Positions 63,539 to 64,000 of a stretch of DNA of 64,000 nt are shown here, piece by piece. A program made the position numbers and the translations under genes. Position 1 is the stretch's first letter, and every line of letters starts with the position of its first letter. Location of the stretch: the NCBI GenBank assembly GCA_963778935.1, contig CAVZWA010000017.1, positions 261,808 to 325,807 of the forward strand, written 5' to 3'. Source of the stretch: an uncultured beta proteobacterium (lineage in GTDB: Bacteria > Pseudomonadota > Gammaproteobacteria > Burkholderiales > Casimicrobiaceae). The notes beneath the pieces are model-generated. The model worked only from the letters and a program-made list of their open reading frames with translations, was not told the DNA's origin and did no database searches.

Positions 63539-64000
63539 ACGCGGTCACCGGTATCGCGGGCATTGCCCAGATCGTCGCGCGCAACGTCGTACCGCTCGCC
63601 GGAATCCTGTTCTTCCACTGGTCGGCGCCCAATGTCCTGATTCTGTACTTCCTAGACACGCTGCTGTCGATGGCCGTGATCTTCGCCGGCGTGGCCAAGA
63701 CTTTCGCACCGCCGACCAAGGAGGGTATCGCCGCGCGCATCAACGCCGAGGGCGGGTACATCCTGGCCGCATTGTTCGCGGCCGGCATCATCGCGATCCC
63801 GCTCGGCATGCCCGTCGGCATCGCCCTGGCGACGTCCGAATTCTCATTTCGGATGGCGCTCTACGACGGATCGCTGCGCAATGGCCTCATCATCCAGTGT
63901 GTGCTGTCGCTATGGTCCTACATCGAGTTGCGCCGCGCGTTGGCGACGTACACGCGCGAGCAGCTTCAGCTCAAACGCCGCTTCGCGTTCGTATTCCTGC
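63535..64000 (+). CDS. polytopic membrane protein (DUF6498-like), C-terminally truncated by the window edge
   Basis: My own translation, frame 1, from the ATG overlapping the upstream stop (ATGA): MNAVTGIAGIAQIVARNVVPLAGILFFHWSAPNVLILYFLDTLLSM... No stop before position 64000. Confidence 0.6.
   Translation, partial: MNAVTGIAGIAQIVARNVVPLAGILFFHWSAPNVLILYFLDTLLSMAVIFAGVAKTFAPPTKEGIAARINAEGGYILAALFAAGIIAIPLGMPVGIALATSEFSFRMALYDGSLRNGLIIQCVLSLWSYIELRRALATYTREQLQLKRRFAFVFL

Noticed and set aside
1-64000. tRNA, rRNA, tmRNA, CRISPR, toxin-antitoxin or defence-system genes
   Set aside because: I scanned the intergenic gaps and short ORFs on both strands. I found no cloverleaf-like sequence, no rRNA-like stretch, no nuclease/ATPase/methylase defence pairs and no small adjacent TA-like ORF pairs. 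Absence by eye is not proof; tRNAscan, Infernal and defence-system HMM scans would be decisive.

Overview
GC-rich bacterial chromosomal segment. I read it as betaproteobacterial or Burkholderiales-like, an inference from the orphan Bug/TctC binding protein, the many TRAP systems and the types of REP elements. It is densely coding: about 69 CDS, many joined by 4-nt ATGA overlaps. I found no rRNA, tRNA, CRISPR array, transposase, integrase or phage module by eye.

Content from left to right:
- metY operon
- tight osmC / radical-SAM (PA0069-type) / RraA-like / split UxaA operon
- a ureide-type catabolic island, 6.3-20.7 kb: PuuE-like hydrolase, hydantoin-racemase-like gene, GntR regulator, two tandem TRAP + racemase-fold + amidohydrolase modules, CDA-fold deaminase, dihydropyrimidinase, AllA-like cupin
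- LysR regulator, an orphan ORF and a DMT transporter with a very His-rich tail
- a large sugar-acid island, 23.6-42.6 kb: IlvD/Edd, GarD/UxaA and enolase-superfamily dehydratases, ABC and TRAP importers, Zn-ADH, GntR regulator, SDR, FAH, Bug SBP, PdxA-like gene, Pip
- yceI / cytochrome b561, dacB, a yqjD-E-K-like stress module
- ubiD, a small IPTL-CTERM secreted protein behind a hairpin-rich leader, ubiA
- hemY-hemX and hemD-hemC, split by a 2.8-kb insert
- a 2OG oxygenase, a DenD-like dehydrogenase and a truncated membrane protein

At least seven sequence-distinct REP-like palindromic repeat families occupy intergenic gaps, several of them inside operons.

My best candidate for an undescribed system is the duplicated module of TRAP transporter, single-Cys (arylmalonate-decarboxylase-like) racemase-fold enzyme and ring amidohydrolase or deaminase. 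All functional calls come from motif recognition in the supplied translations. No database search was possible.
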